Shown in pieces: positions 1-9,668 of a stretch of 64,000 nucleotides of DNA. Position numbers and translations under genes: made by a program. The first letter of the stretch is position 1; every line of letters starts with the position of its first letter. The DNA lies in the NCBI GenBank assembly GCA_035258345.1, contig DATEVU010000134.1, positions 340 through 64,339 of the forward strand, in the 5' to 3' direction. The notes beneath the pieces were generated by a model, which did no database searches, had not been told where the DNA came from, and saw only the letters and a list, made by a program, of their open reading frames with translations. The DNA comes from Bacteroidales bacterium (lineage in GTDB: Bacteria; Bacteroidota; Bacteroidia; Bacteroidales; UBA10428).

Positions 1-1101
1 TGAAGGGTAACCTGCTATGCTGAAACCTCCCCCTGATTTTATCAGGTCTGCTGCTTCACGGAATTTCAGGTAATTGGGTCCAAAGATCACGGGGATACCA
101 TAAACAGCTGCCTCAAGGATGTTGTGTATCCCTTTTCCGAAGCCCCCTCCGATATATGCCAGCTGCCCGCATGGATAAAGCGAAGAAAGTATGCCCACAC
201 TGTCTATGATGAGTACTTGGTTGCTGGCAACACTTTCCGGAGTTGCAGCTGAAAACAGCAGACAATTTCCCTTCAACATTCCTGTCAGCTTTTTGATATG
301 CCCGTCGCCTGTTTCATGCGGGGCTATAATGAATTTCATATGCTGTCCCTGCTCCTGAATAAAACGGACAAGAATTTCTTCATCCTGCAGCCAGGTGCTC
401 CCTGCCACCATGCAATAGTGTCCTGCAGAGAAAGCCACTGCCAGGTCAATCGTTTTTGCATCAGCCGCAATTCCGGAAACCCGGTCGAACCGGGTGTCTC
501 CGCTGACAGTCACCTCATGAATATCCAGGGATGCCAGCAGGCTGGCAGAAGCCTCGTCCTGGACAAAAAAGTGATTGATAAACCGCAGCTTATTCCTGAA
601 CCATTTGCCGTACCACCTGAAAAATACCTGGTTTGACCGGAAGATGCCTGATATCAAATAAACAGGATGATTGAGGTCGTGGAGCTTTTTCAGATAAAAA
701 TACCAGAATTCGTATTTGATGAAAAAGACTGCTTTGGGATTCACCAGTTTTATGAACCGGTGTGCATTGTATCGTGTATCGAGAGGCAGGTAACAGATGA
801 AGTCAGCTCCGGGATAATTTTTCCTGATCTCATAGCCCGACGGAGAATAGAAAGTAAGAAGTATGCTGTATCCGGGATAATGCAGCCTGAATGCTTCCAT
901 CAGGGGTCGACCCTGCTCAAATTCTCCCAGCGATGCGGCGTGTATCCACAAAACCGGAGCGCCTGTTTTTCGCCAGTTACTAAGTTTTGTTTTCCAGCCT
1001 GTCCTGCCTGTCACCCATAAGCGGGCTTTTTTGTTGAAGGGCGATACCAGCAGCATTACCAGATAAAATATATGGAGCGCAATGGAATACAGGCAAGTCA
1101 T
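1..1101 (-). CDS. waaA: 3-deoxy-D-manno-octulosonic acid transferase (WaaA/KdtA); its 3' end runs off the window start
   Basis: My own minus-strand translation from the ATG at 1101 gives MTCLYSIALHIFYLVMLLVSPFNKKARLWVTGRTGW...VLWIHAASLGEFEQGRPLMEAF. Near position 60-200 it gives GGGFGKGIHNILEAAVYGIPVIFGPNYLKFREAADL. I checked all 367 in-frame triplets and found no stop. The ORF is missing from the track because it is truncated. The + ORFs 298-636 and 667-1020 are its antisense shadows. Confidence 0.88.
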   Translation of the reverse strand, partial: MTCLYSIALHIFYLVMLLVSPFNKKARLWVTGRTGWKTKLSNWRKTGAPVLWIHAASLGEFEQGRPLMEAFRLHYPGYSILLTFYSPSGYEIRKNYPGADFICYLPLDTRYNAHRFIKLVNPKAVFFIKYEFWYFYLKKLHDLNHPVYLISGIFRSNQVFFRWYGKWFRNKLRFINHFFVQDEASASLLASLDIHEVTVSGDTRFDRVSGIAADAKTIDLAVAFSAGHYCMVAGSTWLQDEEILVRFIQEQGQHMKFIIAPHETGDGHIKKLTGMLKGNCLLFSAATPESVASNQVLIIDSVGILSSLYPCGQLAYIGGGFGKGIHNILEAAVYGIPVIFGPNYLKFREAADLIKSGGGFSIAGYPS

Positions 1102-1237
1102 TTCCTTTCAAAACAGTAAAGTAAGTCATTTATCATGGTTCTGATAAACAAACCGGGGTAACAATTGTTACCCATGTAGTATTATTTTAATTTATTCTAA
1201 ATAATAAAATAGTTGTTTAATCTGAAAAATTCAAAGT

Positions 1238-1834
1238 ATGGCATTTGAACTTCCTAAATTGGGTTATGATTACGCGGCGCTGGAACCGCATATTGATGCA
1301 CGCACCATGGAAATACATCATACAAAGCATCATCAGGCTTATATTACTAATGTAAATAATGCTCTCGCCGGCGGAGAATGGGAAAAGAGAAGTATCGAAG
1401 ACATATTGGCCGGGGTATCAAAACTTCCCATGGCAGTCAGGAATAATGGCGGTGGGCATTATAATCACGGTTTATTCTGGAAGATTATGGGCCCGAATGC
1501 AGGAGGGACTCCTACCGGGAACCTGCTTGATGCGATAAACCGGTATTTCGGATCCTTTGATAAATTCAAGGAACAGTTCACAGCTGCTGCCATGACAAGG
1601 TTTGGCTCAGGCTGGGCATGGCTGGTAAAAGCAGGTGATGAGCTTAAAATCACTTCAACCCCAAACCAGGACAATCCCCTCATGGATCTGGCCGAAGTTA
1701 AGGGGACCCCTTTACTGGGAGTGGATGTGTGGGAACACGCATACTACCTGAAATATCAAAACAGGCGCAACGAATACCTTGCCGCGTTCTGGAATGTTGT
1801 GAACTGGGGGGAAGTAGCGGGCAGGATGAAATAA
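1238..1834 (+). CDS. sodA: Superoxide dismutase, Mn-type signature
   Basis: 198 aa. [35 protein letters not shown]; [11 protein letters not shown]; TPNQDNP; [15 protein letters not shown]. Confidence 0.95.
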   Translation: MAFELPKLGYDYAALEPHIDARTMEIHHTKHHQAYITNVNNALAGGEWEKRSIEDILAGVSKLPMAVRNNGGGHYNHGLFWKIMGPNAGGTPTGNLLDAINRYFGSFDKFKEQFTAAAMTRFGSGWAWLVKAGDELKITSTPNQDNPLMDLAEVKGTPLLGVDVWEHAYYLKYQNRRNEYLAAFWNVVNWGEVAGRMK

Positions 1835-1835
1835 A

Positions 1836-1868
1836 ATTGTTGCGGGTTGTGATGGTTGTGGGTTGTAA
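1836..1868 (+). repeat. GT-rich short tandem repeat (GTTGT core x4, spacing 9/9/7) directly after the sodA stop codon
   Basis: attgttgcgggttgtgatggttgtgggttgtaa. It contains the 8-mer TTGTGGGT at 1856-1863. Confidence 0.6.
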
Positions 1869-1889
1869 TTCTGCCTGAGAATAGTTAAC

Positions 1890-1919
1890 TTGTGGGTATA
1901 TTTACTTTAAAACCCACAA
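1890..1919 (+). promoter_or_regulatory. Inverted repeat TTGTGGGT-N14-ACCCACAA ending 2 nt before the sodB ATG (operator or 5' leader hairpin)
   Basis: ttgtgggt (1890-1897) and acccacaa (1912-1919) are perfect reverse complements. The ATG is at 1922. Confidence 0.5.
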
Positions 1920-1921
1920 TC

Positions 1922-2497
1922 ATGCCATTTGAATTGCCCAAATTGCCCTACTCGCCGGATGCACTGCAACCGCACATTTCGAAAAATACACTGGATTTTC
2001 ATTATGGAAAACATCACCAGGCTTATGTAAACAATCTGAACAACCTGGTGCCTGGTACCAGATTTGAAAATGCCTCCCTGGAACAGATTATTAAGGAGGC
2101 TGAAGGAGGAATTTTTAACAATGGTGCACAAGTGTGGAACCATACTTTTTATTTTATGAGTTTTTCACCTTCCGGGTCCCGTGAACCGCTTGGTTCCCTC
2201 AATACTGCTATCAACAGTGCTTTTAGTTCATTTACAGGATTTAAAGAGCAGTTTACCAAGGCAGCTGCCACACTTTTTGGGTCAGGATGGGCGTGGCTTG
2301 TAAAAACTCCCGGAGGAGCGATTGAAATTATCCAGGAGCCGAATGCCGGGAATCCTTTACGCCAGGGCTATACACCCCTTCTAACATGTGATGTTTGGGA
2401 ACATGCATATTATCTCGATTATCAAAACAAAAGACCTGAATATCTGCAGGCTTTTTGGCAGATACTTGACTGGGAGGTAATCGGGAAACGGTACTGA
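1922..2497 (+). CDS. sodB: Superoxide dismutase, Fe-type signature
   Basis: MPFELPKLPYSPDALQPHISKNTLDFHYGKHHQAYV; NNGAQVWNHTFYF; EPNAGNP; [16 protein letters not shown] chose the ATG at 1922 because the SOD N-terminus begins there; the track start at 1892 is a GTG. Confidence 0.93.
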   Translation: MPFELPKLPYSPDALQPHISKNTLDFHYGKHHQAYVNNLNNLVPGTRFENASLEQIIKEAEGGIFNNGAQVWNHTFYFMSFSPSGSREPLGSLNTAINSAFSSFTGFKEQFTKAAATLFGSGWAWLVKTPGGAIEIIQEPNAGNPLRQGYTPLLTCDVWEHAYYLDYQNKRPEYLQAFWQILDWEVIGKRY

Positions 2498-4774
2498 TCA
2501 AAACGTAAATCCCATATTCAGGTACCACCTCAACCGGTTATCCTTATTGTTTCCGGCAAAAAATAGGGTCATGGGACCCAGTGGTGTTTTGTAAGTAAAG
2601 CCACCTCCATACCCCAGGTGAAGCGATTCATTGTTCCATTCAAGGAATGACAGCGCCAGGTTTTCAAAATTATCTGCGGCCAGCATGCTGTTGGCTGCCA
2701 CCTCTACCTGCAGGTTTTTATTAAGGCGGTAGTTCAGGCCGAGTTTAAGCTGAAGCAGGTTTGTTGCTACTACTTCACCGGGATTGTATCCTATGAAGGC
2801 AAGGTGATTGCGGCGAAGATTATATTTATAACCGCCCACAAAGAAATAATCCGATACAATGTACTCATCGGTGCTCAGTCCGAGTGCCAGGCCGGTATTG
2901 GTGCTGATCCTGGAGCTTATTTTGCTGTAGTTGTCAATAGTGAAGCTGAGCTTTGCGAACGAATTCAGCGATATTCCGGTATTTATGGTGTCAGAAAGAT
3001 ATTTCAGATCGGCTCCGGGTTTATAAATACCTTTTATGCTCAGGTCAAGAAGTGTTCCATCGGAAGGATATATCAAATCATCCAGGGTATTTAGCGTATA
3101 GGTTCCCAGCAATCCCGCACCTTTAAATCCATATCGCTTAAAATTGAAAACTTCGGGGTACAAGGCTTGCATGGCTTTGTTGGGATATACGGCAGAATAT
3201 TCGAAAAGGGCGGCTATCCCGATTTTTTGGTTCAAATTAAAGCCGTGCTTGAGTGACAGGTCTGTAGTAAGATGGTTCTGATGGAAATACCCTAACTCTT
3301 CCCCCTCGAGATAGCCCGGAATGAGGTTTGATTCAAAGTACGATTCAACGCCGGCAAGCAGTTTCTTCTTTGGTCCGGTATATTTCCGGTAGTAAAGCCG
3401 GAGCTGCGGGTATTCACTCAAATCAGCTGAAGCAGTTAGTTTTGCTCCCGATACCAGAAAATTGCTTTGTGTAAAATTTAAGACAAGCCCGGCACCGTAA
3501 AAATTATCATAGTGCAGGGCTACTTTCAGCGCGGCGGGCGGTTTTTCCTTCGCATCCAGGATCAGGCAAAATCCATTTCCGTCTTTTTCAAAATGGTAGG
3601 TCAGCTTATCAAAATACAATGTTCCGAAAATCCTTTCAATTCCCGCTTTTAATTCATTTTGTGCGAGGTAACTGTTCCGTGGTATGTTAAGCATTCCGTA
3701 TACAAGGCTTTGATCATTGTATTTCAGATCATTAACAAATACCCGGGTTATCAATATGCTGTCATGATTATTGAGTGGCAGGGGCTTTGGTTTAAGACCA
3801 TATAATTTCTGGGAGTCAGCCAATGCTTTAAGTTCATGGAAATGTTCCCGGGCTGCATCTTCCCCTGCTTTTTCAATTTCAAGGCTCCTGTTAAAATCAG
3901 CCGAAGAATAATTGGTAAGTTCCGGGGTAATAAATATATCCACCATCTTTGCCTGTTCCCTCGAATCGAATATTCCATAACTCGACGTTGCCCGGGATAG
4001 TATCTGGGCCAGCGAATTCAAATCCCTGGCTGTCACCTTTTCCTTAAAACCGGTATATACCCCGATTATTATATCTGCACCCATTTTCCTGACCTCTTCA
4101 ACCGGGAAATTCCGGATAACACCGCCATCCACAACCACCGTGTTGCTGTCAAACACCACCGGCGTGAAAACACTGGGTATGGCCATACTGGCTCTCATCG
4201 ACCGGGCAAGGTCACCAGAGTTGAATTCTACAATTTCACCGTTAATTATTTCGGTGCCAATACAACGGTAGGGATATGGAAAACTGTCAAAGCGCTCAAT
4301 TCCTGCTGTCCTCCAGGTAAGTCCCGATAACAGGTTGGAAAGGTTCTGTCCTTCAAGCATGCCCGAAGGCAAACCGATCTTTCTATTGCGCACAGGTAGT
4401 TCAATGATATAACGCTTATAATCATGCTTCTCTTCAAGGGATATGTTTCTCAACGGTGTATAATCCGACAGAAGTATCGACCAGTCTAAACTGCTGTTGA
4501 GCCTTGACAGATCTTCGGCGGAATATCCAATGGCATACAAGCCGCCGACAATGCTTCCCATGCTCGTACCACTGATATAATCGGGTGTGATGCCTGCTTC
4601 TTCCAAAACTTTTAAAACACCGATATGAGCAAAGCCCTTGGCTCCGCCGCCGCTTAGCACCACTCCGATCTTCGGCCGCTGTTGCCCCGTATTCTGGGCA
4701 AGAATCAGAGGAATGGGGAGAAAAGCCAGTAAGAGCAGTAAGAGGATAACCTTTTTCTTTATAATATTTAACAT
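2498..4774 (-). CDS. Patatin-like phospholipase fused to an Omp85/BamA-type beta-barrel (PlpD-like, type Vd architecture)
   Basis: 758 aa. Signal peptide; GVVLSGGGAKGFAHIGVLKVLEE...GTSMGSIVGG (patatin GxGxxG and GxSxG); C-terminal beta-strand-rich region ending in ...RLRWYLNMGFTF. Confidence 0.85.
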   Translation of the reverse strand: MLNIIKKKVILLLLLLAFLPIPLILAQNTGQQRPKIGVVLSGGGAKGFAHIGVLKVLEEAGITPDYISGTSMGSIVGGLYAIGYSAEDLSRLNSSLDWSILLSDYTPLRNISLEEKHDYKRYIIELPVRNRKIGLPSGMLEGQNLSNLLSGLTWRTAGIERFDSFPYPYRCIGTEIINGEIVEFNSGDLARSMRASMAIPSVFTPVVFDSNTVVVDGGVIRNFPVEEVRKMGADIIIGVYTGFKEKVTARDLNSLAQILSRATSSYGIFDSREQAKMVDIFITPELTNYSSADFNRSLEIEKAGEDAAREHFHELKALADSQKLYGLKPKPLPLNNHDSILITRVFVNDLKYNDQSLVYGMLNIPRNSYLAQNELKAGIERIFGTLYFDKLTYHFEKDGNGFCLILDAKEKPPAALKVALHYDNFYGAGLVLNFTQSNFLVSGAKLTASADLSEYPQLRLYYRKYTGPKKKLLAGVESYFESNLIPGYLEGEELGYFHQNHLTTDLSLKHGFNLNQKIGIAALFEYSAVYPNKAMQALYPEVFNFKRYGFKGAGLLGTYTLNTLDDLIYPSDGTLLDLSIKGIYKPGADLKYLSDTINTGISLNSFAKLSFTIDNYSKISSRISTNTGLALGLSTDEYIVSDYFFVGGYKYNLRRNHLAFIGYNPGEVVATNLLQLKLGLNYRLNKNLQVEVAANSMLAADNFENLALSFLEWNNESLHLGYGGGFTYKTPLGPMTLFFAGNNKDNRLRWYLNMGFTF

Positions 4775-4824
4775 AACACATTAATGATCAATATCAAAAA
4801 CCCACAACACACACATCCTCGTCC

Positions 4825-5664
4825 CTACTTATACATATATAAAACCCCCGCCCTGGAAAAGCGTTTATTGGGATCACCCTGCAGGGCTTCCAGACTGTAA
4901 AAATAAATTCCGGGGTTTAATTCCTGTCCTGATGCGGTCTTGCCATCCCAGGTCAATACCGTCCCTTCATTTTCGTATACCAGTGTTCCTGCCCGGGTGT
5001 ATATCCTGAGAACCAGCGGAAATCCTCCTTCACTGGAAACGAGGAAGTAATCGTTGATATTGTCTCCGTTGGGAGTGAATACATTCTGAATGGTGATTGC
5101 TTCCATTACCAGCACGAGCTGTGAATTGGTGCTGGTGCACCCGAAATTATCACTTACGGTAAGTGTTACCTGAAAGGTGTCGGTTGATGGAAACACAATT
5201 ATCTCCCGGCTGCCGGTGCGTGTTCCCACACCCTCAAAATCCCAAAGATAATCGTATGTAGTACCGGTTTCCAGCGGTTCGGTGTGCTGAAAAACATAGG
5301 TGTTATATGTTACTGAATCATAATAAGTGAAATTGGCAGGAACAGTTCGATGAACCGTAATGAAATCAGGTTTGCCGATCAACAGATCAGTCCGGTTATT
5401 GTATATCAGGCCTACGGTATAATTACCGGCTGTATTATAGGTAACCGAGTCAGGAGATTCAAGGTTACTGGTTTGCCCGTTCCCAAAATCCCAATAGAAG
5501 CTGGTAATCGTATCAACTGTTGCTGTGCTGGTAAACTCAAATTTCACCTTCATGGGTGTGCAACCTTCAGCATCGCTGACGGTAAAGTCATATTGTCCCG
5601 CAACAGGAAGCGCAAAGATCAACAACAAATGAATAAACAAGAAGAAGGGTTTACATAATTGCAT
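4825..5664 (-). CDS. Secreted PKD-repeat protein with a T9SS type-B (gliding-motility) C-terminal sorting domain
   Basis: 279 aa. Signal peptide; WDFGNGQTS and WDFEGVGT PKD-like motifs; C-terminus VFTPNGDNINDYFLV...GIYFYSL...GVLYMYK. Confidence 0.8.
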   Translation of the reverse strand: MQLCKPFFLFIHLLLIFALPVAGQYDFTVSDAEGCTPMKVKFEFTSTATVDTITSFYWDFGNGQTSNLESPDSVTYNTAGNYTVGLIYNNRTDLLIGKPDFITVHRTVPANFTYYDSVTYNTYVFQHTEPLETGTTYDYLWDFEGVGTRTGSREIIVFPSTDTFQVTLTVSDNFGCTSTNSQLVLVMEAITIQNVFTPNGDNINDYFLVSSEGGFPLVLRIYTRAGTLVYENEGTVLTWDGKTASGQELNPGIYFYSLEALQGDPNKRFSRAGVLYMYK

Positions 5665-5830
5665 AACATCAAAGATATTTCTTGTTAATGATCTTTCAAA
5701 CTATATGCCTCCCATAATGTTGGCTAAAAATACTAAAAATTTTATGCTGCTTTCATGTTAATTGTCTAAAAGAAATCAACATCTGCTAATAACTTTACCG
5801 GAGCCTTTATTTAGGTTAGCATATCTTGAT

Positions 5831-5838
5831 TAATTTTG
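5831..5838 (+). promoter_or_regulatory. Bacteroidota-type -7 promoter box (TAnnTTTG) upstream of thyA
   Basis: TAATTTTG, 28 nt upstream of the thyA ATG. Confidence 0.45.
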
Positions 5839-5865
5839 CCAGCTGTACCAATTTAATTTTTTGTA

Positions 5866-6660
5866 ATGAAGCAGTATCTGAATTTACTGCAACATGTGCT
5901 GGATAATGGCGTTGAAAAGGCCGACAGGACAGGTACTGGGACAATAAGCGTTTTTGGCTATCAGATGCGATTTAACCTGGGCGAGGGATTTCCGTTGATG
6001 ACAACCAAGAAACTGCATTTGAAATCGATAATCTATGAATTGCTCTGGTTCCTCAAGGGGGACACCAATGTTAAATATCTGAATGATAATAATGTAAATA
6101 TCTGGAATGAATGGGCCGATGCAGAAGGTAATCTCGGTCATATTTATGGATTTCAGTGGCGAAGCTGGCCAGGTTATGACGGGAAGTCTACGGACCAGAT
6201 TGAACAGGTTATCCGTTCCCTGAAAAATAATCCCGATTCGCGCAGGCATATGGTGAGTGCCTGGAACGTTTCAGATATCGGAAACATGGCACTGCCACCC
6301 TGTCATGTTATGTTCCAGTTTTATGTGGCCAACAATACCCTTTCTTGCCAGCTTTACCAACGCAGTGCTGATATCTTCCTGGGAATTCCGTTCAATATTG
6401 CATCCTATTCCCTGCTGCTTCTGATGGTAGCTCAGGTAACCGGACTGAAAGCCGGTGAATTTATCCATACCCTTGGAGATGCCCATATTTACAGGAATCA
6501 CCTTGAACAGGTGAATATCCAGCTTTCCCGTGAACCACGTCCGTTACCGGTAATGAAGTTAAATCCGGCCGTTACGGATATCAACCGCTTTGCGTTTGAT
6601 GATTTTATCCTGGAAAATTATGATCCGCTTCCTCATATCCGGGGAGCAATTTCGGTTTAA
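5866..6660 (+). CDS. thyA: Thymidylate synthase
   Basis: 264 aa. [31 protein letters not shown]...[13 protein letters not shown]...[21 protein letters not shown]. Confidence 0.97.
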   Translation: MKQYLNLLQHVLDNGVEKADRTGTGTISVFGYQMRFNLGEGFPLMTTKKLHLKSIIYELLWFLKGDTNVKYLNDNNVNIWNEWADAEGNLGHIYGFQWRSWPGYDGKSTDQIEQVIRSLKNNPDSRRHMVSAWNVSDIGNMALPPCHVMFQFYVANNTLSCQLYQRSADIFLGIPFNIASYSLLLLMVAQVTGLKAGEFIHTLGDAHIYRNHLEQVNIQLSREPRPLPVMKLNPAVTDINRFAFDDFILENYDPLPHIRGAISV

Positions 6661-6670
6661 TTTACAAAAA

Positions 6671-7165
6671 ATGAAAAGTATCTCTATTATTGTTGCCCTA
6701 GCGAATGATAACGGAATTGGTAAGGATAACAAACTGTTGTGTCATATACCCGGTGATCTGAAGCGATTCCGGCAGATAACAACAGGACATACCGTAATTA
6801 TGGGAAAAAACACTTTTTTTTCGTTACCCGGCGGTCCGCTTAAAGATCGAAGAAATATTGTCATCTCCGATAATCTCAATGACCACTTTGAGGGTTGTGA
6901 AACTGTTTATTCCCTAAACGAAGCCATTGAGAAATGTGATGACTGCCAGGAGAATTTTGTTATTGGTGGAGCGTCAATCTATCGGCAGTTCCTTCCTTTT
7001 GCCACAAAACTATATTTAACCCTGGTAGATAAATCATTCGAGGCCGATACTTTTTTTCCCGGTGTTAATCCGGAGGATTGGGAGGAGATATCCAGGGATA
7101 ACAAGCAAGCAGGTGATCCGGCCGATTTTTCTTACGCTTATGTCATATTACAAAGAAAAATATAA
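6671..7165 (+). CDS. folA: Dihydrofolate reductase
   Basis: MKSISIIVALANDNGIGKDNKLLCHIPGDLKRFRQITTGHTVIMGKNTF. The ATG at 6671 is 11 nt after the thyA stop; the track start at 6590 lies inside thyA. Confidence 0.92.
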   Translation: MKSISIIVALANDNGIGKDNKLLCHIPGDLKRFRQITTGHTVIMGKNTFFSLPGGPLKDRRNIVISDNLNDHFEGCETVYSLNEAIEKCDDCQENFVIGGASIYRQFLPFATKLYLTLVDKSFEADTFFPGVNPEDWEEISRDNKQAGDPADFSYAYVILQRKI

Positions 7166-7200
7166 CTTAATACGGTGTTAAATCATCTAAACTAAAAACA

Positions 7201-7644
7201 ATGAAGAAATATTTCCTGATCATTACCTGTCTCCTTTTTTCTACCTCCATGGTATTTGCACAGGCCGACAAAATCACCGGTATCTGGGCTCCTGCCAAAG
7301 GAACTTCACAGGTCAGAATATTCAAGGCAACCAACGGTAAATTTTATGGTAAGGTCGAATGGCTTAAAGAGGACAAAGATAAACTCGACGTCAATAATCC
7401 GGAAGAGAAACTGCGTGGAAATAAGATATGGGGCCTGATGATCCTGGAGGACTTCTCTTACAATCAGGAAAAGAAAAGATGGGAAGGCGGCAGCGTTTAT
7501 GATCCGGATAACGGCAAAACCTATGACTGCTATATGTGGTTCGACGGTGATGATAATAAAATGACACTGAAGGGGTATGTATTGGGAATGAAGTTTGTTG
7601 GGAGGGCAGAGGACTGGACAAGAGAATCTGAGCTCAGGAAATAA
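7201..7644 (+). CDS. DUF2147-like periplasmic protein
   Basis: 147 aa. Signal peptide; ITGIW...GKVEWLKE...DVNNPEEKLRGNKIWGLMIL...GGSVYDPDNGKTYDCYMW. Confidence 0.7.
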   Translation: MKKYFLIITCLLFSTSMVFAQADKITGIWAPAKGTSQVRIFKATNGKFYGKVEWLKEDKDKLDVNNPEEKLRGNKIWGLMILEDFSYNQEKKRWEGGSVYDPDNGKTYDCYMWFDGDDNKMTLKGYVLGMKFVGRAEDWTRESELRK

Positions 7645-7763
7645 GCAGGTATAGTTCATCCATTTTTTTAAACCCTTCGGTTGATGTATACGGAGGTTCA
7701 TCAATAATACCGAACACCCTTTGGTGAACATACGTTAATAGTAGTAAACAAGACTATTAATAT

Positions 7764-8150
7764 ATGTTTTTTGCAATGAAACGGGTAATATTTATCTTGT
7801 CGCTCGGAGCCGTCGCCTGTTCAGGGAAAGTAACCATTACGGAAGCGGAGATTAAACCTGATATATTTTATACCAGCGAGGCTTATAGGCCTTTTTCAGG
7901 CAGGTGCATAATTGTTTTCAGCAAAACCGGCCGGATAAAGGATCAATTTACATATAAGAACGGTAAGCTCAGCGGAGAAGCATTTACCTATTACAAAAAC
8001 GGGCAGTTGCGAAGAAAGGGCTACTACCTGGATGGAAAGTTGTCGGGCAAATGGGAATTTTGGGATGAAAAGGGAAATAAGATCATGGAAGCAAGTTATC
8101 AGAACGATGTACTGAACGGAGCCTGTAAGCGTTTTGAAAACTTAAAATGA
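7764..8150 (+). CDS. MORN-repeat-variant (YwqK-like) lipoprotein
   Basis: 128 aa. Repeats YKNGKLSGEAFTYYKNGQL, GYYLDGKLSGKWEFWDEKGN; signal/lipobox LGAVAC. An alternative start is at 7776. Confidence 0.65.
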   Translation: MFFAMKRVIFILSLGAVACSGKVTITEAEIKPDIFYTSEAYRPFSGRCIIVFSKTGRIKDQFTYKNGKLSGEAFTYYKNGQLRRKGYYLDGKLSGKWEFWDEKGNKIMEASYQNDVLNGACKRFENLK

Positions 8151-9005
8151 AAATCCATTTTCCGTGAATGGCATTTCCTGCCATTTTCCGTCAAGCAATA
8201 CCCTTAGGGTTTTAAACCCGATATCCTGTAATACCGATGCAGCATATGAAAATCCCAGGTCAATTTCATCCGGGTGGTGCGAATCGGAATTTATCATAAC
8301 CGGAATACCCTTCTCGTAAATCCTTTCCAATATCCATATACTTGGGTATAACATGGGCGGATTGTGTTTATAGAGACCACGGGTATTGACCTCCACAATG
8401 CATCCGAACCTGGCAACCTGATCAAGTGTTTCTTCCACCTGGCTTACGTACCATTTATCCTCTTCACTGAAATAAGTTCGCACGGTATTGTGCATTTTTA
8501 TTTTATCCATATGTCCGATAATATCAGGGACATCTGTTTCCACCATACCCCTCACGGAATCATAATAAACTGTCAGCGCCTTCCTGAAATCATTTTTGTA
8601 AAGTAATTCCATACCCTGAAAAAATGCCTCCGGCTGGCCATCAAAACAAAAGTAGGTATTGTCGGGGAACTGTCCGATATAATGTACCGAACCGATCAGG
8701 TAATCAAATGCCATTTCCTTAAGTCCTGATGTCCGGCTACCCCACAAACCATCGATAAAGTCAACCTCCAACCCTGTGTATACCTGAATTTTATCAGCGT
8801 AATCATTTTTTATACGGGTTATCTCCTCAAGATAGGCAGGTAATTTCCCGGGATCGATATTCCATCGTGATGAAAATGGCACCGGTGCATGGGAAGAATA
8901 CCCATACGCAGGAAATCCCTTTTCGATGGCAACTGTAATGAAATCTTCGGGTGCGGCTTTTCCGTCGCAGAACAACGAATGTGAATGATAATTTACCCAG
9001 GGCAT
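8142..9005 (-). CDS. PHP-family histidinol-phosphatase (HisJ/HisK-like)
   Basis: 287 aa. NYHSHSLFCDGKAAPEDF...YSSHAP...GSVHY...GHMDKIK...NSDSHHPDEI. Confidence 0.85.
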   Translation of the reverse strand: MPWVNYHSHSLFCDGKAAPEDFITVAIEKGFPAYGYSSHAPVPFSSRWNIDPGKLPAYLEEITRIKNDYADKIQVYTGLEVDFIDGLWGSRTSGLKEMAFDYLIGSVHYIGQFPDNTYFCFDGQPEAFFQGMELLYKNDFRKALTVYYDSVRGMVETDVPDIIGHMDKIKMHNTVRTYFSEEDKWYVSQVEETLDQVARFGCIVEVNTRGLYKHNPPMLYPSIWILERIYEKGIPVMINSDSHHPDEIDLGFSYAASVLQDIGFKTLRVLLDGKWQEMPFTENGFSF

Positions 9006-9035
9006 AATTCGTTTATGAAAATGAAAACAGCAAAG

Positions 9036-9635
9036 TTAGGAGTTTTTATTAAGCCTGTATATATAGCAACCGGCTTCCGAAGGATGATCCTGTACCAGGT
9101 CGCTCATTTTCTCTTTTCGCAGTAAATCAATTACCATAAAGTCCCCTGTTGAAGCTATTGTAAAAAAAGCCCCGAATACCAACAATGCCAGGCTCCCGGT
9201 TATGATACCCACTATGGAAGGGATAATTCCCAGAACAATGGCAGGTACGATGGCTCCAATGATATAATGTTTCACTGTCAGGGGCTCTGTGCAGTGACAG
9301 TAAGGAGTGACCATTTTCCAGATTACTCCGAACTTAACCGACCTGAATCCTTTTGTGGCAAATCTCGACCAGGCTAACCCGTGCAGAAGCTCATGGGCAG
9401 CTATTCCCAGGAAGAGTACCAGCAGCACCGTAAGCGGAAGGCCCCAGTAGACCGACAGGTTGTTGCTTTGAAAGAATTCTGTTATTGTATTCCAGCTGGC
9501 TGATTCGTGCCATATAACAATAAAGGGAAGTACAAAAAACAACCCTACCGGAATAAAAACCAGCAAGGAATACAGATTGGCTTTTCCAATATCAATGGTC
9601 AATTTTTCCTTTTTATAGTTCCCGGGTTGTTCCAT
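9036..9635 (-). CDS. DUF3267-like putative membrane zincin peptidase
   Basis: 199 aa, multi-TM, with an HExxH motif (AAHELLHGLAW). Confidence 0.6.
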   Translation of the reverse strand: MEQPGNYKKEKLTIDIGKANLYSLLVFIPVGLFFVLPFIVIWHESASWNTITEFFQSNNLSVYWGLPLTVLLVLFLGIAAHELLHGLAWSRFATKGFRSVKFGVIWKMVTPYCHCTEPLTVKHYIIGAIVPAIVLGIIPSIVGIITGSLALLVFGAFFTIASTGDFMVIDLLRKEKMSDLVQDHPSEAGCYIYRLNKNS

Positions 9636-9668
9636 AATAAGTAAACTCCTTTATTGGTTGATTCCGGA

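Noticed and set aside
298-1020. Two + strand ORFs (112 and 117 aa) at the window start
   Set aside because: They lie entirely antisense to an uninterrupted minus-strand frame that reads as WaaA/KdtA. Their own translations show no recognisable motifs.
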